Assembly (NCBI GenBank): GCA_039714295.1
Contig: JBDLJP010000001.1
Coordinates: 1-29,826 of the forward strand
Source of the DNA: Candidatus Fermentibacterota bacterium
GTDB lineage: Bacteria > Fermentibacterota > Fermentibacteria > Fermentibacterales > JCC-6
Reading direction: 5' to 3'
Length of the DNA stretch: 29,826 nucleotides
Part shown: piece after piece, positions 27,341 through 29,826 of the stretch
How positions within the stretch are numbered: position 1 is the stretch's first letter
Layout of the letters: each line of letters begins with the position of its first letter
Notes under the pieces: generated by a model
Databases searched by the model: none
The model's input: only the letters and a program-made list of their open reading frames with translations
Told to the model about the DNA's origin: nothing
Position numbers and translations under genes: made by a program

Positions 27341-27734
27341 CCTCCGCCAATACCCCTGGAAATGGTTTATGAACCCGATGTGGATTGCATTCCATGGCAG
27401 GAAGATGTTCCGGAGATAGAGGTTGGATAAGCTATCAGCGATCTGGCTTTCATCGGTGAGGTTTGTAACAATGTTTAGTTTTCAAGGGATCGGTGGGTTT
27501 CTTCATTGACGACGGAGGAATTTAGGTAGTATTGTCAGTTTCTGTAGATTTCCACAGGACCGTAAGGGTTTTGGTTATGCTGGTAGCCGGGATCATTCGG
27601 GAACCACAAGCTTCTGGCATGCTGGTTTCAGGCAGAAATTGGAGGTTTATCGGGACGAATGGGCTGCTTTGGAGCAGGAAATGGGATTATGGAAAATCTA
27701 TTTTCCTACTGCGTGCGTTAGAATCGGTATCGCA

Positions 27735-27938
27735 ATGAATACCCGCGAAACGCCGTCGCATCATTACGCGCTTGCGCATGTGGTGTTGCGCAAGGTATTC
27801 CGTCAGAACCCTGTGAAGTTCTTCGACATCCATGACTTGAACGTGGGCACCTTCAGGATCAGAGATTTCCCCGGAATCATCCTGAAGAGCGAGTCGAATC
27901 CGGAGGATTTTGCCTTTGCCCTAGAGGACAGGCTCTGA
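27735..27938 (+). CDS. Small hypothetical protein immediately upstream of the PHP-sensor gene
   Basis: 67 aa from ATG 27735 (MNTRETPSHHYALAH...), with GC3-rich codons like the downstream gene. Stop is 2 nt before GTG 27941. The frame is open further upstream, so the start is uncertain. Confidence 0.4.
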   Translation: MNTRETPSHHYALAHVVLRKVFRQNPVKFFDIHDLNVGTFRIRDFPGIILKSESNPEDFAFALEDRL

Positions 27939-27946
27939 CCGTGCGG

Positions 27947-29826
27947 ATGAAGGTTGATTTCCACCTTCACTCCAACCTGAGTGACGGGGCCTTCTCCCCC
28001 GAAATCCTTGCAGGGAAGGTCGTGGACGCAGGCATCCGCTTTGCCGCCCTGACGGATCATAATGATTTGTCGGGCAACCGCCGGTTCATGGAGGTCTTCG
28101 AACGGCACGGCGGTACAGCCCTGACCGGAATCGAACTTTCCTCCCTCTTTCGGAACCGCGGCATCCATATTCTCGGTTACGGCCTGGATCCGGATGACAC
28201 CGGGATCCGTTCCCTCTTCTTCCGGCTTCCCAGCGCCCGGCAAATTATCGCGCATATCCATTCAGCCGGAGGAATCGCCTTCCTCGCTCACCCCCTGGAG
28301 ACATGGCCTGATCCTGACGAATTGAACGAAGCCGTGGCTGAACTGAAGAAGGTAGGCCTGGACGGGATCGAGGCTCTGTATAAACCCTATACCCCGGAAC
28401 AGCAGGCTTCACTTCTCGACCTTGCCGACAGGCACGGGCTCAAGGTCTGCGCAGGCAGTGATTATCACGGCCCAAACCTGCCGGGAAGTCCCGATCCCGG
28501 GATCGAGATTGAATCCTCCCGGTGGAAAGCTTTTCGGAATGCTCTTCCGATCTTCCACGTGGAGGAGGATGCGATGCCGGCCCCGCCACCATCGGCACAT
28601 CCTCGAATCCCTCACCATCATGCCCGCATACCGCTCCCCATCCTTCTTCCGGCCGTCGTCGCGATCACGCTCTTTCTTTTTGTCATATTCGGAATCGTCA
28701 TTCCTTCCTTCGAAGAGAATCTCCTCAACAGGAAACGGGAGATGATACGGGAACTGACCAACTCCGCGTGGAGCATCCTTTCGGAATGCAATCGGGCCGC
28801 GGAGCAGGGCCTGCTATCCGAGACCGAGGCCCGGAACACGGCCAGGAGCCAGGTTAGGGCGCTCAGATACGGGCCTGAAGCAAAGGACTACTTCTGGATC
28901 ACGGATACCGTGCCCCGCATGATCATGCACCCTTACCGTTCCGACCTGGACGGCCAGGACCTTTCGAACTTCAGCGATCCCAATGGAGTCCGGCTCTTCG
29001 TAGAATTCGTCAGGGCTGTCGAACACGACGACCATGGGTATGTCGATTACGTCTGGCAATGGAAAGACGATCCGGAGCGGATCGTGCCGAAGGAATCGTA
29101 TGTCCGCATCTTCCGGCCCTGGGGCTGGATCATCGGAACCGGCCTGTACCTTGAGGATGTCAGGACCGAGATCCAGGTCATCACGAACCGGATCATCCTC
29201 ATCTCCCTCTTCGTGGTGGCGGTCATGGCTGGACTTCTCGCGTACATGGTCCTGCAAAACCTTAAAGCGGAAGAGATGCGGCGGCTGGCCGAGGAAGGAC
29301 TTCGGGACTCCCACGACCGGTACCGGACCCTGGTGGAGACCGCTACCGAAGGGACGCTCTTGGTTCTCAACGGGCGCTGCGCTTTTGCCAATCCGACCTT
29401 CCTGCGCATGACCGGCTATTCCCCGTCGGAATTCAAGCTGCTCGATCTCGACGATTTCTTTCCCAATTCCGCCGGTCTTTTCGCTGCAGAGACGACGAAG
29501 AATCGATCGGCTTTGGAACAGGCTCCAGCCGAGGAGACAGGCGGCATCGAGACTACCCTTCTGCGGAAGCACGGCACTTCGCTCGAGGTGGTCCTAGCAT
29601 CCCATTCCGTTGATATCGGGGGCTCTCCCGGCCGAATCGTGATCATCAAGGACCTGCGCCAGGTGCGAAACCACGACCGCAACGCCATCCTCAACCAGCT
29701 CCAGACCTCGCTCCTCTTCCTTAACGAACCCCTGGAAACGGTCATGCAGCCCCTCCACACATGTCCCATGGATTGTACCGTGGAGAAGGCGGCCCGCATC
29801 ATGGTCCGCGAGAAGGCCACCATACT
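27947..29826 (+). CDS. PHP phosphoesterase-TM-Cache_2-TM-PAS-CBS multidomain sensor protein (3' truncated by window edge; not in supplied ORF track)
   Basis: Hand translation shows no stop from ATG 27947 (or GTG 27941) to the window end. PHP: DFHLHSNLSDG, LTDHND, GIE, HIL, LAHP, GSDYHG. TM1: ILLPAVVAITLFLFVIFGIVIP. Cache_2: RYG..DYFWI..MIMHPY..YVWQW..PKESY..WIIGTGLYLEDV. Then TM2, PAS (YRTLVET..FANPTFLRMTGYS) and a CBS start (TCPMDCTVEKAARIM). Confidence 0.93.
   Translation, partial: MKVDFHLHSNLSDGAFSPEILAGKVVDAGIRFAALTDHNDLSGNRRFMEVFERHGGTALTGIELSSLFRNRGIHILGYGLDPDDTGIRSLFFRLPSARQIIAHIHSAGGIAFLAHPLETWPDPDELNEAVAELKKVGLDGIEALYKPYTPEQQASLLDLADRHGLKVCAGSDYHGPNLPGSPDPGIEIESSRWKAFRNALPIFHVEEDAMPAPPPSAHPRIPHHHARIPLPILLPAVVAITLFLFVIFGIVIPSFEENLLNRKREMIRELTNSAWSILSECNRAAEQGLLSETEARNTARSQVRALRYGPEAKDYFWITDTVPRMIMHPYRSDLDGQDLSNFSDPNGVRLFVEFVRAVEHDDHGYVDYVWQWKDDPERIVPKESYVRIFRPWGWIIGTGLYLEDVRTEIQVITNRIILISLFVVAVMAGLLAYMVLQNLKAEEMRRLAEEGLRDSHDRYRTLVETATEGTLLVLNGRCAFANPTFLRMTGYSPSEFKLLDLDDFFPNSAGLFAAETTKNRSALEQAPAEETGGIETTLLRKHGTSLEVVLASHSVDIGGSPGRIVIIKDLRQVRNHDRNAILNQLQTSLLFLNEPLETVMQPLHTCPMDCTVEKAARIMVREKATI

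Noticed and set aside
27031-27470. Three isolated TGTAACA heptamers in the AT-rich scar
   Set aside because: Not in tandem, and the count is compatible with chance in AT-rich DNA.
27771-27794. 8-bp inverted repeat CTTGCGCA/TGCGCAAG
   Set aside because: Lies inside a probable ORF, single copy, no element context.
28814-29572. 252-aa minus-strand ORF, plus the other short ORFs listed at 27803-29823
   Set aside because: Antisense or off-frame shadows of the GC-rich PHP-Cache-PAS-CBS gene; no motifs.
1-29826. CRISPR array, tRNA/rRNA, transposase/integrase, recognised defence system
   Set aside because: No regularly spaced repeats, cloverleaf patterns or catalytic signatures seen by eye.

Overview
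Gene-dense bacterial window with about 33 CDS and no rRNA, tRNA, CRISPR array or transposase that I could recognise. Three proteins carry T9SS/FlgD-type C-terminal domains, there are many lipoproteins and beta-propellers, and one protein ends in a 'TFGAIKAAF' tail. These point to an FCB-group lineage, possibly Ca. Fermentibacterota (inference only). Contents in order: TonB-dependent receptor 3' end plus lipoprotein; an S41 peptidase-like lipoprotein whose catalytic Ser appears replaced by Gly; ECF sigma factor plus membrane partner; M28 peptidase; glyoxalase II-like hydrolase; a propeller/membrane/PHP/TauE run; GT2, methyltransferase, gmd and a gingipain-like C25 peptidase; vanW-like and fhs; a Spy/CpxP-like operon; a FadL-type porin; a general-stress-like small-gene cluster (YegP, GlsB/YeaQ, DUF4126, DUF937); and an AT-rich scar with a T9SS-CTD remnant. 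The window ends in a GC-richer block with a >=626-codon ORF that is absent from the supplied ORF track because it runs off the window. It fuses an intact PHP phosphoesterase to a TM-Cache_2-TM-PAS-CBS sensor. This is the strongest candidate for an undescribed signalling system. All family calls come from motif recognition; no database searches were run.
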